A DNA stretch of 32,795 nucleotides from an uncultured archaeon (GTDB lineage: Archaea; Asgardarchaeota; Heimdallarchaeia; Heimdallarchaeales; Heimdallarchaeaceae), in assembly GCA_964534625.1 (NCBI GenBank), contig CAZHRF010000036.1:1-32795 (forward strand), in the 5' to 3' direction. This document shows, one piece after another, positions 1 to 8,720 of the stretch; position 1 is the first letter of the stretch; the number at the start of each line of letters is the position of its first letter. Under the pieces are notes generated by a model, which made no database searches, had not been told where the DNA came from, and worked only from the letters and a program-made list of their open reading frames with translations. Position numbers and translations under genes: made by a program.

Positions 1-163
1 GTTACGTACCCAGTTGTACCCAAAAGAACTCATTGAAAAAAATTCAAGGAAAAAGCAATTAGCGGTATCAGTCCAATTTTTACTAATGGGATGTTAACGC
101 CAACTCTTTTTTCATTTTATAATTTATTCTCTAACTTAAACTTTCAACGAAAGGAAAGATCGT

Positions 164-1438
164 CTAATCTTTTTGTATTAAGCCATCTTTTACAAGTATT
201 TTTCCATTCTTTATCACAGTATTTACGTGATTTCTGCCAAATTGATAGGGTAAACTGGCAATTGATGGTATGTCCATAATCAGCAGATTAGCACGCATTT
301 CTAGATCCAATGTTCCCACTTGATTTTCTCTTTTTAATGATTTTGCACCACCATAAGTTGCTGCCTCCAACGCCTCCTTAGGAGTCATATGCATCATATA
401 ACACCCAAGTTCTATTACCGTTTGCATATTAATTAGATAACAATTTGGATTAAAATCTGTTGACAAAGCAACTGTGGCCCCAGCATCTTTAAACATTCTA
501 TAGTTGGCATATTTTTTTGACATTAAAACAAAGGGCGTTCCTGGTAACAAATTAGCTACTACTCCAGCATCCGCCATTGAACTAGCAGATATTGCTTCTG
601 CTTTTAATAAATGATCAGCTGAATCAGCTTTCATTTCAGAAGCTAATAGTGCAGCGCCTACATTTTCCATTTCGTCAGCATGCATTCTTATTTTGAACTT
701 GTAATCTTTCGCAGCACTAAGAAAAACCTTTGATTCTTCAACTGAAAATGCATTAAAATCCGTCCATATGTCTACATATTCAGCAAGATTTTTTCGTTTA
801 ATCTCTGGTAAAAGTTCTATCATTGATTCTACATACTCAAATGAATTACCGATAAAATCCTCCGGCATTACATGACATCCCAAAAAAGTTGGAATGATAT
901 CAACAGGATGCATTTCGTTTACTTCATTGGTTATTTCAAGTAAGTCTAGCTCTTTTTCTTGATTCAGACCATAACCAGATTTAGCTTCGATCATGGTTGT
1001 ACCATGTTTTAACATGATATCCAACCGTTCTAGTGCTAGTTCTTGCAATTCTTCTCTTTTTGCACTTCTAGTTTGTCTTACGGTATAATTGATTCCTCCA
1101 CCCGATTCAGCTATTTTTTGGTAAGAATCTCCTTTAAGTTTCATAGTTAATTCATGACTCCTATCGCCACCAAACACTAGATGGGTGTGCGAATCTACAA
1201 AACTAGGACAAACAATTTTCTTATTTTTGCAATCAATAATTTCATAATCTTTTCTCATAAAATCAGAAAATATTCTTGTAGTTTCTCCTATTGCTATTAT
1301 TTGACCATTTTTAATAACTAGGCAATCAGGATTTTCTTTATTATACACTGGTTCATATTTGGTAATTGCAGACGCAGGTCCAAGCAATAGTTCTGCAATA
1401 TTGGCAATGATAATGCCCTCACTTTCAGAGTTATCCAT
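164..1438 (-). CDS. hutI: Imidazolonepropionase (amidohydrolase family, histidine utilisation)
   Basis: VDSHTHLVFGGDR metal motif, GGGINYTVRQTR, EAKSGYGL, HADE, SADHL and STDFNP are typical HutI motifs; divergent from hutH. Confidence 0.95.
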   Translation of the reverse strand: MDNSESEGIIIANIAELLLGPASAITKYEPVYNKENPDCLVIKNGQIIAIGETTRIFSDFMRKDYEIIDCKNKKIVCPSFVDSHTHLVFGGDRSHELTMKLKGDSYQKIAESGGGINYTVRQTRSAKREELQELALERLDIMLKHGTTMIEAKSGYGLNQEKELDLLEITNEVNEMHPVDIIPTFLGCHVMPEDFIGNSFEYVESMIELLPEIKRKNLAEYVDIWTDFNAFSVEESKVFLSAAKDYKFKIRMHADEMENVGAALLASEMKADSADHLLKAEAISASSMADAGVVANLLPGTPFVLMSKKYANYRMFKDAGATVALSTDFNPNCYLINMQTVIELGCYMMHMTPKEALEAATYGGAKSLKRENQVGTLDLEMRANLLIMDIPSIASLPYQFGRNHVNTVIKNGKILVKDGLIQKD

Positions 1439-1577
1439 GTGGAAAAGTATCTATCACTTTATTTAATTTTTTTTGGTATGAAAATATCAAAAAGTATAAA
1501 GACTTCTCGAACACAATAAAAGTCCAGTAGTGAACAAAAATAATAAAAAGAACAAGTCAAATTTGGTTTGAGTACTG

Positions 1578-3110
1578 ATGGAGAACGCTTTAATTTCTTT
1601 AACCGGAGAAAACTTAACCCTATCTACCTTAATTTCTATTACTAGAGAAAGTAAAAAAATTAAAATTGCTGATGAGGCTATAAAAAGGATTTGTGAATCA
1701 AGACAGATTATTGAAAACAAAGTCAAACAAAACGAAACTATTTATGGTGTTACAACGGGTTTTGGAAAACTAGCAAATACAGCAATTGAAAAATCTGATC
1801 TAAAGAAACTCCAAGCAAACATAATTAAATCGCATAGTATCGGTTTTGGCAGTTCAATACCCGATGAAATTGTATTAGGAGCGATGGTTATTGCAGTAAA
1901 CTCTTTTTGTAAAGGTAATAGTGGTATTAGATTAGAAACTGTAAACATTTTAGTAGAACTAATTAATAGAAGAATTATCCCCCAAGTTCCAGAAACAGGT
2001 TCATTAGGCGCGAGTGGAGACCTAGCTCCGCTAGCATATATTGCTTGTGTTTTTTTAGGCGAAGGGTACGTAAAATACAATGATACAATTTTTCCTAGTA
2101 CTGATCTTCCCTCTAAATTCAATATCACCCCTCTAGAATTAGAAGCTAAAGAAGGATTAGCACTAGTAAATGGAACACATGTCTTAACATCATATAGTGC
2201 ACATTCAACATTTGATGCTATGAATATCATAAAAAATTCAGCTATTGCAGTAGCACTATCACTAGAAGCATATAGTGGAAATTTAGCAGCTTTTTCAGAT
2301 TTTATCATGAGAATGCGACCCCATAAAGGTCAGATTATATTTGCAAAAACCATTAGAGAATTAACAAAAGGTAGTGAGATTCTATCAGGTAAAAGAAAGA
2401 GAGTACAAGATCCTTATTCATTCCGTTGTTCTCCACAAGTACATGGGGCTGTTTTAGAGACCATAACATATTCTAAAAATATAATCGAAATAGAAATGAA
2501 TTCTTCAACAGATAATCCATTAATTAATAAAAACAAATCTGAAGTACTATCAGGTGGTAATTTTCATGGAGAACCTGTAGGCTTAAGTATGGATTATTTA
2601 GCAATAGCCCTCACAGAACTAGGTACAATATCAGAACGAAGAGTCAATCAATTACTAAACACCGTTCTTTCTGACTTACCGCCATTTTTAACAGACAAAC
2701 CTGGTTTAAATTCAGGTTTAATGATACTTCAATACGCTGACGCTGCCATTTCTTCTGAAAACAAAGTTCTAGCTTCTCCCGCATCAATAGACAATACACC
2801 GGTCTCAGCAGATCAAGAGGACCATGTATCTATGGGTATGACAGCCTGTAAGAAGGCGTATAAAATTGTAAAGAATCTTGAACAAATGATAGGGATTGAG
2901 ATATATACAGCTTGTCAAGCCTTAACATTCATCGAAAATAACCCCTCGCCGATACTTAAAGACATCTACGATACCATAAGAGAGGTTGTTACTCCATTAC
3001 GACAAGATAGAAAGTATGATACCGAGGTTTATTGGATTATCGAAAAACTCAAAGAGAGAAGATTTACAACCATGGTAAAAGAAAAATTAAAATCCCTATT
3101 TAGTGAATAA
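1578..3110 (+). CDS. hutH: Histidine ammonia-lyase
   Basis: YGVTTGFG, GSLGASGDLAPL (MIO-forming Ala-Ser-Gly), KEGLALVNG, QDPYSFRCSPQVHG, GGNFHGEP, QEDHVSMG. Confidence 0.96.
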   Translation: MENALISLTGENLTLSTLISITRESKKIKIADEAIKRICESRQIIENKVKQNETIYGVTTGFGKLANTAIEKSDLKKLQANIIKSHSIGFGSSIPDEIVLGAMVIAVNSFCKGNSGIRLETVNILVELINRRIIPQVPETGSLGASGDLAPLAYIACVFLGEGYVKYNDTIFPSTDLPSKFNITPLELEAKEGLALVNGTHVLTSYSAHSTFDAMNIIKNSAIAVALSLEAYSGNLAAFSDFIMRMRPHKGQIIFAKTIRELTKGSEILSGKRKRVQDPYSFRCSPQVHGAVLETITYSKNIIEIEMNSSTDNPLINKNKSEVLSGGNFHGEPVGLSMDYLAIALTELGTISERRVNQLLNTVLSDLPPFLTDKPGLNSGLMILQYADAAISSENKVLASPASIDNTPVSADQEDHVSMGMTACKKAYKIVKNLEQMIGIEIYTACQALTFIENNPSPILKDIYDTIREVVTPLRQDRKYDTEVYWIIEKLKERRFTTMVKEKLKSLFSE

Positions 3111-3112
3111 AA

Positions 3113-3970
3113 ATGAAATTCGCAGTATTAGGAGATATTCATGGGAATTTGAAGAATCTGAAAAAGATAAGAGACGAATTAAAACTAGTTGATGCTATAT
3201 TTGTTACTGGAGATATAGCTGGAACAATCTCACTTAAGCATATAATTAAATCAATTATTCATTCTAAGAAGATTTCACGTAATGCATATGCAGAACTAGT
3301 ATACACAAAGTACAGAGAGGAGTTTACCAACTATCAATTAAAAACAACAAAAAAAACCTTGGATTTTTTTATTGATATCCAAAAGCCAGTTTTTGTTACT
3401 CATGGAAATGTGGAACTACCTGAAGTAAGAGAAATGTTGAAAAATTATTCGGTAGATCATCCACTTTTCTATTATTTGGGAAACAAAATTATTGAGTATA
3501 ATGGTCTAATAATAGTTGGCTATGGATATTGTACACCCGCAACATACAGAGAACCTTTACAGACGCCAGGTGAAAAAACAATTACCGAAATAAAAGCTGA
3601 TCTAATTACATTATCAGAAGAGATACGAAAAACTAGGAAGGGAGGTGAAAAGAGACTCATAGGATTGTTTCACGAACCGCCTAAGGGTACTAATCTTGAC
3701 TATATTGAAAAAGAAGATCTACATGGAGGAAGTCAAATACACCTTGAACACATCTCACAGATCAAGTATGATTATGTTTTTGTTGGCCATATCCATGAAT
3801 CCCCAGGATTGATTAAAAAAAATTCAGCAGTATGGTTAAATCCCGGACCAATGGTCTCGGGTAACTGGGCAAAGATAGAATTAAATAGCAACACCATTGA
3901 ATTCTTTGAAATAAAAAGATTAATTTCTATCAAAAAGTGGATTTATACCTTACGAGAAATATTCAAATGA
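3113..3970 (+). CDS. Calcineurin-like metallophosphoesterase (Icc-related)
   Basis: GDIHG, TGD, HGN, HEPP, GHIHES and NPG motifs; starts 2 nt after the hutH stop. Confidence 0.85.
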   Translation: MKFAVLGDIHGNLKNLKKIRDELKLVDAIFVTGDIAGTISLKHIIKSIIHSKKISRNAYAELVYTKYREEFTNYQLKTTKKTLDFFIDIQKPVFVTHGNVELPEVREMLKNYSVDHPLFYYLGNKIIEYNGLIIVGYGYCTPATYREPLQTPGEKTITEIKADLITLSEEIRKTRKGGEKRLIGLFHEPPKGTNLDYIEKEDLHGGSQIHLEHISQIKYDYVFVGHIHESPGLIKKNSAVWLNPGPMVSGNWAKIELNSNTIEFFEIKRLISIKKWIYTLREIFK

Positions 3971-4007
3971 AAAATAAGAAGAAAGTTATGAGTAAAGTTA
4001 CTTCAAA

Positions 4008-4394
4008 TTAGAGAACACGCTTCTTCTCGTCTCCTTTCCGTTTAATTGTAATAGATGAAGGAATGCCTTCTATTTTTCTTTCTAATTTTTTAATACCGAG
4101 ACGAGAGACTTGTCTTCCCTCTAAATAGCCGATTTTAATCAAATATAATACATTTAAGAATATGGTCTCAGCTGTTTCATTTTTATTTTCATTTTCATAG
4201 AGTTGTTTCCAGTATTCAAAGGCATCGGGTGCCAAAAAGTATTGCATTAATTGAAATTTATCATCTACCGTAACACTTCTAGGCGCTTGTTCAGCTTCTT
4301 TTAAGTCCTCCATTCGCTTCTTTCTTTTGTCTGCCATTTCCATTAATTTTTGAGCTTTTTTCTTTCTTATTGCTTCTAATTCATCAGATGTCAT
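4008..4394 (-). CDS. PDCD5/TFAR19-family DNA-binding protein (divergent)
   Basis: N-terminal DELEAIRKKK, LAPDAFEY.., LYLIKIGYL and C-terminal ITIKRK match the PDCD5 pattern (DELEAIR / LTPEA / LIQLAQSG / IKIRRK). Confidence 0.65.
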   Translation of the reverse strand: MTSDELEAIRKKKAQKLMEMADKRKKRMEDLKEAEQAPRSVTVDDKFQLMQYFLAPDAFEYWKQLYENENKNETAETIFLNVLYLIKIGYLEGRQVSRLGIKKLERKIEGIPSSITIKRKGDEKKRVL

Positions 4395-4460
4395 GAATAT
4401 TCAACTCTATTTAACTCATTAAATAAAGCTCTTTTTAAAGCTTCTAATTGGTGTTAATAC

Positions 4461-4506
4461 CTATGAACCATCATTGCCCATATGCAAATGGATTCCTGGT
4501 TCATAG
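4461..4506. repeat. 10-bp perfect inverted repeat (hairpin) in the divergent PDCD5/ubiquitin intergenic region
   Basis: CTATGAACCA (4461-4470) and TGGTTCATAG (4497-4506), with further imperfect inner pairing (CATTGC..GCAAATG). Confidence 0.7.
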
Positions 4507-4677
4507 AAGTAGTCTCAGAAATATAAATCAATACAACCTAATGAGTATTTTGGATTAGAGAATTTAGAGCCTTGCTTAATTATGGAACTTTTCTAAGCGA
4601 TGATAATTTGCTAACATTTAAGTAGGTGAATACATTAGTAGTAAGTAATCAGTAATATTATGTACCGGTGATTAAAA

Positions 4678-4911
4678 GTGAAGATATCAATTGTAACTGC
4701 TATCGGTGGAGGACTAATAGAACTAGATGCTGATCCTCATTCAACTGTAGCTCAATTAAAACGCGAAGTAGCAAGAATCAAGAAAATTCCAGCTAACACG
4801 GTCATTTTAGTTTTTCAAGGACATCAATTAGACGACAGTCAAATCCTTAAAGAAGCAGGCATTATGGATGGAGACAAACTCTATATTATTGCTAGAACGA
4901 AGGGAGGATAA
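4678..4911 (+). CDS. Ubiquitin-like modifier (77 aa, mature C-terminal Gly-Gly)
   Basis: Beta-grasp ubiquitin pattern TVAQLKREV..IPAN..ILVFQGHQLDDSQILKEAGIMDGDKLYII..GG-stop; GTG start preceded by GGTGAT RBS; next to E1. Confidence 0.93.
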   Translation: MKISIVTAIGGGLIELDADPHSTVAQLKREVARIKKIPANTVILVFQGHQLDDSQILKEAGIMDGDKLYIIARTKGG

Positions 4912-4951
4912 AGTATTTATTATTTCTCCTTAACTATTTTTAGAGTGAAAA

Positions 4952-5968
4952 ATGTCTGATGATAAATCTCATGATAAATATTCTAGACAAGAATTAATAC
5001 CAGGTTGGGATCAATCTGCTTTAATAAATGCAAATGTAATTATTGCTGGAGTTGGGGCAATAGGGAGTTATGTAGCTACCATACTGGCTTCTTCTGGTAT
5101 TGGAAAACTTATCCTCATTGATATGGATAAGATTGAACTATCCAATCTGAACAGACAACTTTTATTTCGAGAATCAGATCTTAAGAGTTTTAAAGCGGAA
5201 ATTGCAGCAAAAAGATTGAAAAATTTAAATCAAGATGTTGAAATAATTCATTATAATAAAAAAATGGAAAAAGTTCCTCTTAGAGTTTATGAAGAAGCTG
5301 ATGTGATAATTGGATGTCTAGACACATTCATTGGAAGGAGATGGATTAATTCAATGGCTGTTAGACTAAAAAAACCACTCATTTTAGGTGGTATGTTCTC
5401 CTTTTTAGGTGATGTTCAAGTTATTTTTCCTTATGACACCCCTTGTTTTGAATGCCAACCTTTGGTTCCAGATGAAGAATTAGCTCAAGCTTGTACTCCC
5501 TTTGGTGATGTGAGAAAAGATGAACGTGAAGAAGAGGAGGAAGAAGCCAAATTACCGGCAGTAGCTACCCTATCGTCCATTATTGGGGGATGGATGGCAC
5601 AAGAAACAATAAAAATACTTTTGGAAATTGGAAATCCAATCAATAATTATTTGTTTTATGATGGCTTAAATAATGCCTATACAATTGTCCCCCTAGCAAG
5701 AAACAAAAATTGTCCAGCGTGTGGTGAATTATACAATCTTGAACAAATAAAATTTATCACATCCAATAATGAAACTACAAGAGATTTACTAGTACGTTTA
5801 AGCTTGTCTTATGGTCTAGAAAAACCCGAGATTATGATAGATGGAATGATATTAGAACAAGAAAAAAAGATCTCGTCATATAATCTTTCTAATGAGAAAC
5901 TTGCCTTTGTATTAGATACTTCTTTAGCAAAACCAATCAAAGTAGTGTTAGAAATAGTAGACCAATGA
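4952..5968 (+). CDS. Ubiquitin-activating enzyme E1 (ThiF/MoeB adenylation domain plus C-terminal ubiquitin-fold E2-binding-like domain)
   Basis: YSRQ, GVGAIG, DMDKIELSNLNRQ, Zn pairs CFEC/CPAC, candidate catalytic Cys in AQACT; about 80-aa C-terminal extension resembling the Uba3 UFD. Confidence 0.92.
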   Translation: MSDDKSHDKYSRQELIPGWDQSALINANVIIAGVGAIGSYVATILASSGIGKLILIDMDKIELSNLNRQLLFRESDLKSFKAEIAAKRLKNLNQDVEIIHYNKKMEKVPLRVYEEADVIIGCLDTFIGRRWINSMAVRLKKPLILGGMFSFLGDVQVIFPYDTPCFECQPLVPDEELAQACTPFGDVRKDEREEEEEEAKLPAVATLSSIIGGWMAQETIKILLEIGNPINNYLFYDGLNNAYTIVPLARNKNCPACGELYNLEQIKFITSNNETTRDLLVRLSLSYGLEKPEIMIDGMILEQEKKISSYNLSNEKLAFVLDTSLAKPIKVVLEIVDQ

Positions 5969-6042
5969 CATATTAAAAAACATAATTAAATGCAATTATT
6001 TTTAAACAGCGATGGTACTATAATCATATAGAAGATAAATGG

Positions 6043-7470
6043 GTGATTACAATTTCTCATGATTACATTCTTGCTACTGAGATGCAACTAATTTATAATA
6101 ATGCGGGAGGATTTGAACCCGTACAAGGCAATTTAAAACGTTGGAAAGGTCAGGTAGGTACAATACAGGGTACATCTATTCCCATTTATGCTGAAATTAA
6201 AATTCAACCAAATTTTCCTCATAGCCCACCGGTTGTTAATATTCAACCCAAGTTAACACATCCTAATGTTAATGAATATGATGTTCTTAAGATGAGGGTG
6301 CTATCTAATTGGAATCCTAGAACACACATATACGAGGTTATTAATGAGATTAAGGCTTTATTTTCTACAGTACCCGCTAAACCTCTAAAATTCAAGCTAA
6401 AAGATAGTCCGTATAAAGAACCATCAAAATTACCTAGAACAGAACAGTCTAAGGATATTCCGCAAAAATTTAAATCTAGAAGCCAAGAGGTACTATTTGA
6501 ACAAGAAGTCAAAACTGATCCGCAAGTGACGAGAATCAGAAAAAAAATCCAAGCATACCAAACAAGGATAGAACAAATAAATAAAGAAATTGAAAGAGAG
6601 AGAGCAACTTTACTTGAAAATGCAGGTGTGCAAGTGAACAAAGATCAAGAGATAGAAGCATCACTCAATGATTTATATCAAGCAGACGTGAATGCCACTA
6701 GCGATCTCATCGAGATCTTAGGGGAAAAATTTGAAGATGGTGACCTTTCTGATGTTGATTATCTTAAATTGCATAGAAAGTATACTGCAAGAGTCTTCAA
6801 AACAAAAAAACAACTACAATTTATGGAAAATGCTGGTGATAAAATGGATAATAGAGATGAAAGAAGATTAGATCTAGAAGCAGACCTTTTTGCAGCAATT
6901 GTAACTTTAGAAAAGATAACTAAAGGATACCAACAACACGAGATTGAACAAATTGCTTATAAAAAACAACTTAGAGCACTAATCAAAAACATATTCAAAT
7001 CGAGAATGAGACTAGAACAAATAGGCGGCTTCAAACTAGACGAGTTTATTGAAAGAGAACAAATGGATCAGAAATATTCATTAGGAGTTAGACAGTTACG
7101 CGTAGCAGAAGGAGTTGAAACACCAGATTCTATTTCCAATGTAGCTTTACCATTTGATTCCTTGAAAAGAATGCCAAGACAAACAGCAGACTTTGTTTCA
7201 TCAGCAATTGAATTAATAGACTTAACGAGATTAAAATCCGTTGCTAGGGCAGATTTAATATTAGCAGATCTAGATGAGTTGATACATATTACAGAGACGT
7301 TTCCAAGTATTCCGGATGACTTCTGGATAATCGATGACATGAAGGATTGGAGAAAAATAGTTTCAAATTATGATACACAAGAAGTATTGAAGGGAGAGGA
7401 TTGTGAGAAACTAGAATTTCAAACCTCTAGATGGCTAAATGAATTCAGAAGATTACTTAAGGATCTTTAA
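6043..7470 (+). CDS. Fused ESCRT-I protein: UEV (E2-like, no Cys) + linker + coiled coil + Vps23/37 steadiness box + Vps28
   Basis: UBC fold FPHSPP..HPNV..LSNWNP..IYEVINEI; coiled coil RIRKKIQAYQTRIEQINKEIERER; SB-like ATSDLIEILGEKFEDGDLSDVDYLK (cf. TSG101 AIEDTIFYLGEALRRGVIDLDVFLK); Vps28-like EADLFAAIVTLEKITKGY and C-terminal four-helix bundle. Exact start uncertain. Confidence 0.88.
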   Translation: MITISHDYILATEMQLIYNNAGGFEPVQGNLKRWKGQVGTIQGTSIPIYAEIKIQPNFPHSPPVVNIQPKLTHPNVNEYDVLKMRVLSNWNPRTHIYEVINEIKALFSTVPAKPLKFKLKDSPYKEPSKLPRTEQSKDIPQKFKSRSQEVLFEQEVKTDPQVTRIRKKIQAYQTRIEQINKEIERERATLLENAGVQVNKDQEIEASLNDLYQADVNATSDLIEILGEKFEDGDLSDVDYLKLHRKYTARVFKTKKQLQFMENAGDKMDNRDERRLDLEADLFAAIVTLEKITKGYQQHEIEQIAYKKQLRALIKNIFKSRMRLEQIGGFKLDEFIEREQMDQKYSLGVRQLRVAEGVETPDSISNVALPFDSLKRMPRQTADFVSSAIELIDLTRLKSVARADLILADLDELIHITETFPSIPDDFWIIDDMKDWRKIVSNYDTQEVLKGEDCEKLEFQTSRWLNEFRRLLKDL

Positions 7471-7478
7471 TAGATGTT

Positions 7479-7519
7479 TGGTGATATACATAAATGGTTA
7501 TCACCACCACATATTTTTT
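7479..7519 (+). terminator. Putative hairpin plus T-tract after the ESCRT-I gene
   Basis: TGGTGATA (7479-7486) / TATCACCA (7499-7506) inverted repeat followed by ATATTTTTT. Confidence 0.45.
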
Positions 7520-7553
7520 AATGAAAAATCACCACTAATTGGGAGAATGTATT

Positions 7554-7859
7554 ATGGCACACAATGTTTCATCAGAAGCAATCTATCAAGAGATAAGAGA
7601 AGCTATCCTTGAATTGATCAATCTGATTGAAATTGATATTGATGTATCATACGTATTAGAAGAATTGGAAGAAATAAGATTCAAAATCAGAAAGATTAAT
7701 GTAAAAAACGGATCCGTACCAGAAGAAATAAATCAGGTGTTTAATAAGCTATATGACAAATACAAAAATAAAATGTCAGCTCCACTCTCATCAAGAGATA
7801 AAAGAAAACTTATCGAAAATCTAAAAGAATGGCTAATAAAAGCGGGTTCAATGTTCTAA
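7554..7859 (+). CDS. Small helical protein, probable stand-alone Vps28 C-terminal-domain paralog
   Basis: GGAG RBS before ATG 7554 (ORF track starts 7539); by-eye alignment to the C-terminus of the upstream ESCRT-I protein (AILELINL/SAIELIDL; VLEELEEI/ILADLDEL; LSSRDKRKL..LKEWL/LKGEDCEKL..TSRWL). Confidence 0.6.
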   Translation: MAHNVSSEAIYQEIREAILELINLIEIDIDVSYVLEELEEIRFKIRKINVKNGSVPEEINQVFNKLYDKYKNKMSAPLSSRDKRKLIENLKEWLIKAGSMF

Positions 7860-7959
7860 TAAAGGCAGCTCGTTTAAAAACAATTGTTTTTATAATGCTT
7901 TTGACAATGTACTTACAGATAAAAAGTGCATAAATCTAAAATATAATGGGGTCATAACA

Positions 7960-8682
7960 TTGGGATTAAGAGAAATAGAAAAAAAATTAAAAATCAAATC
8001 AGCTTTTCAGGTGAAAGAAGCAGAATTAATGATTAAAGAATTAGAGCAAATGATAGAAAACACTAAAGAAACGAAAAAACAACTGCAAAAATTTGAAAAG
8101 AAATATAGCGATAAAATAAAACAGAACAAAGATTATTATGAAAAATTAGAGGGGCTCAGAGAAGAGTTAGGATTACCAAAAGAGATTGGGAGATACGATT
8201 GGAGAGACGCTCCATCTATGAAAGACAAATTAACTGGTGGCGGATACTATGATAGATTGGCTAATGAAATTATTGATTTGGGTAAAGAGTTAACGAAACA
8301 AAATGGAGGGATTATGGCGATAAGTGAACTGTTCACACAAGTTAATAAAGCAAGACCAGGAAACGTAGTTTCAATTGATGACCTGTATAAAGGGTTAGAG
8401 AAGTTAATAAATGCCTCGTTAATCGCACCTTTCAAAATATTGGAATCAGGAGTAAAAATTGTTGAATTCACACCGGTTGAATTCTCTCAAGATCATAGTC
8501 TTGTTTTAAGTTATGCATCCAAAACGGGATATATAACAAGAGAAGAATTACTTATGCAAACAAATTGGACAGAGGAAAGAATTAATCGTTGCCTTGTTTT
8601 CTTTGAAGAAAATAATATAGCGATTAAAGACGACGATTATGAAGAAGGAACAAAGTATTGGTTCCCGGGACTGGGACAATAA
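7960..8682 (+). CDS. vps22: ESCRT-II Vps22/Vps36-like (EAP30 domain) protein
   Basis: N-terminal basic helix, LQKFEKKYSDKIKQN, GYYDRLANEIID..TKQNGGIMAISEL, SIDDL..L, P.EFSQDH..VL, NWTEERI..L, YWFP as in Snf8/EAP30. Confidence 0.9.
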   Translation: MGLREIEKKLKIKSAFQVKEAELMIKELEQMIENTKETKKQLQKFEKKYSDKIKQNKDYYEKLEGLREELGLPKEIGRYDWRDAPSMKDKLTGGGYYDRLANEIIDLGKELTKQNGGIMAISELFTQVNKARPGNVVSIDDLYKGLEKLINASLIAPFKILESGVKIVEFTPVEFSQDHSLVLSYASKTGYITREELLMQTNWTEERINRCLVFFEENNIAIKDDDYEEGTKYWFPGLGQ

Positions 8683-8720
8683 CTTTCTTATCGTTTTTTT
8701 CGCATAGAAAAATAAAAAGA

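Noticed and set aside
1-163. Possible 3' end of a gene at the window start and the 62-aa ORF 91..279
   Set aside because: No frame has recognisable motifs; 91..279 overlaps hutI antisense
164-3110. Incomplete hut pathway (no hutU/hutG)
   Set aside because: Near the window edge and hut genes are often scattered; absence is uninformative
3113-3970. Metallophosphoesterase as retromer Vps29 because it lies near ESCRT genes
   Set aside because: Length, large insertion and HEPP/GHIHES motifs fit Icc-like enzymes; it is coupled to hutH
4461-4506. Hairpin as an Asgard/eukaryote-type SECIS (contains ATGA, AAA, GA)
   Set aside because: ATGA is Watson-Crick paired with TCAT rather than forming a GA quartet, and no in-frame UGA selenoprotein is adjacent
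6043-6400. Active E2 conjugating enzyme
   Set aside because: No cysteine in the UBC domain
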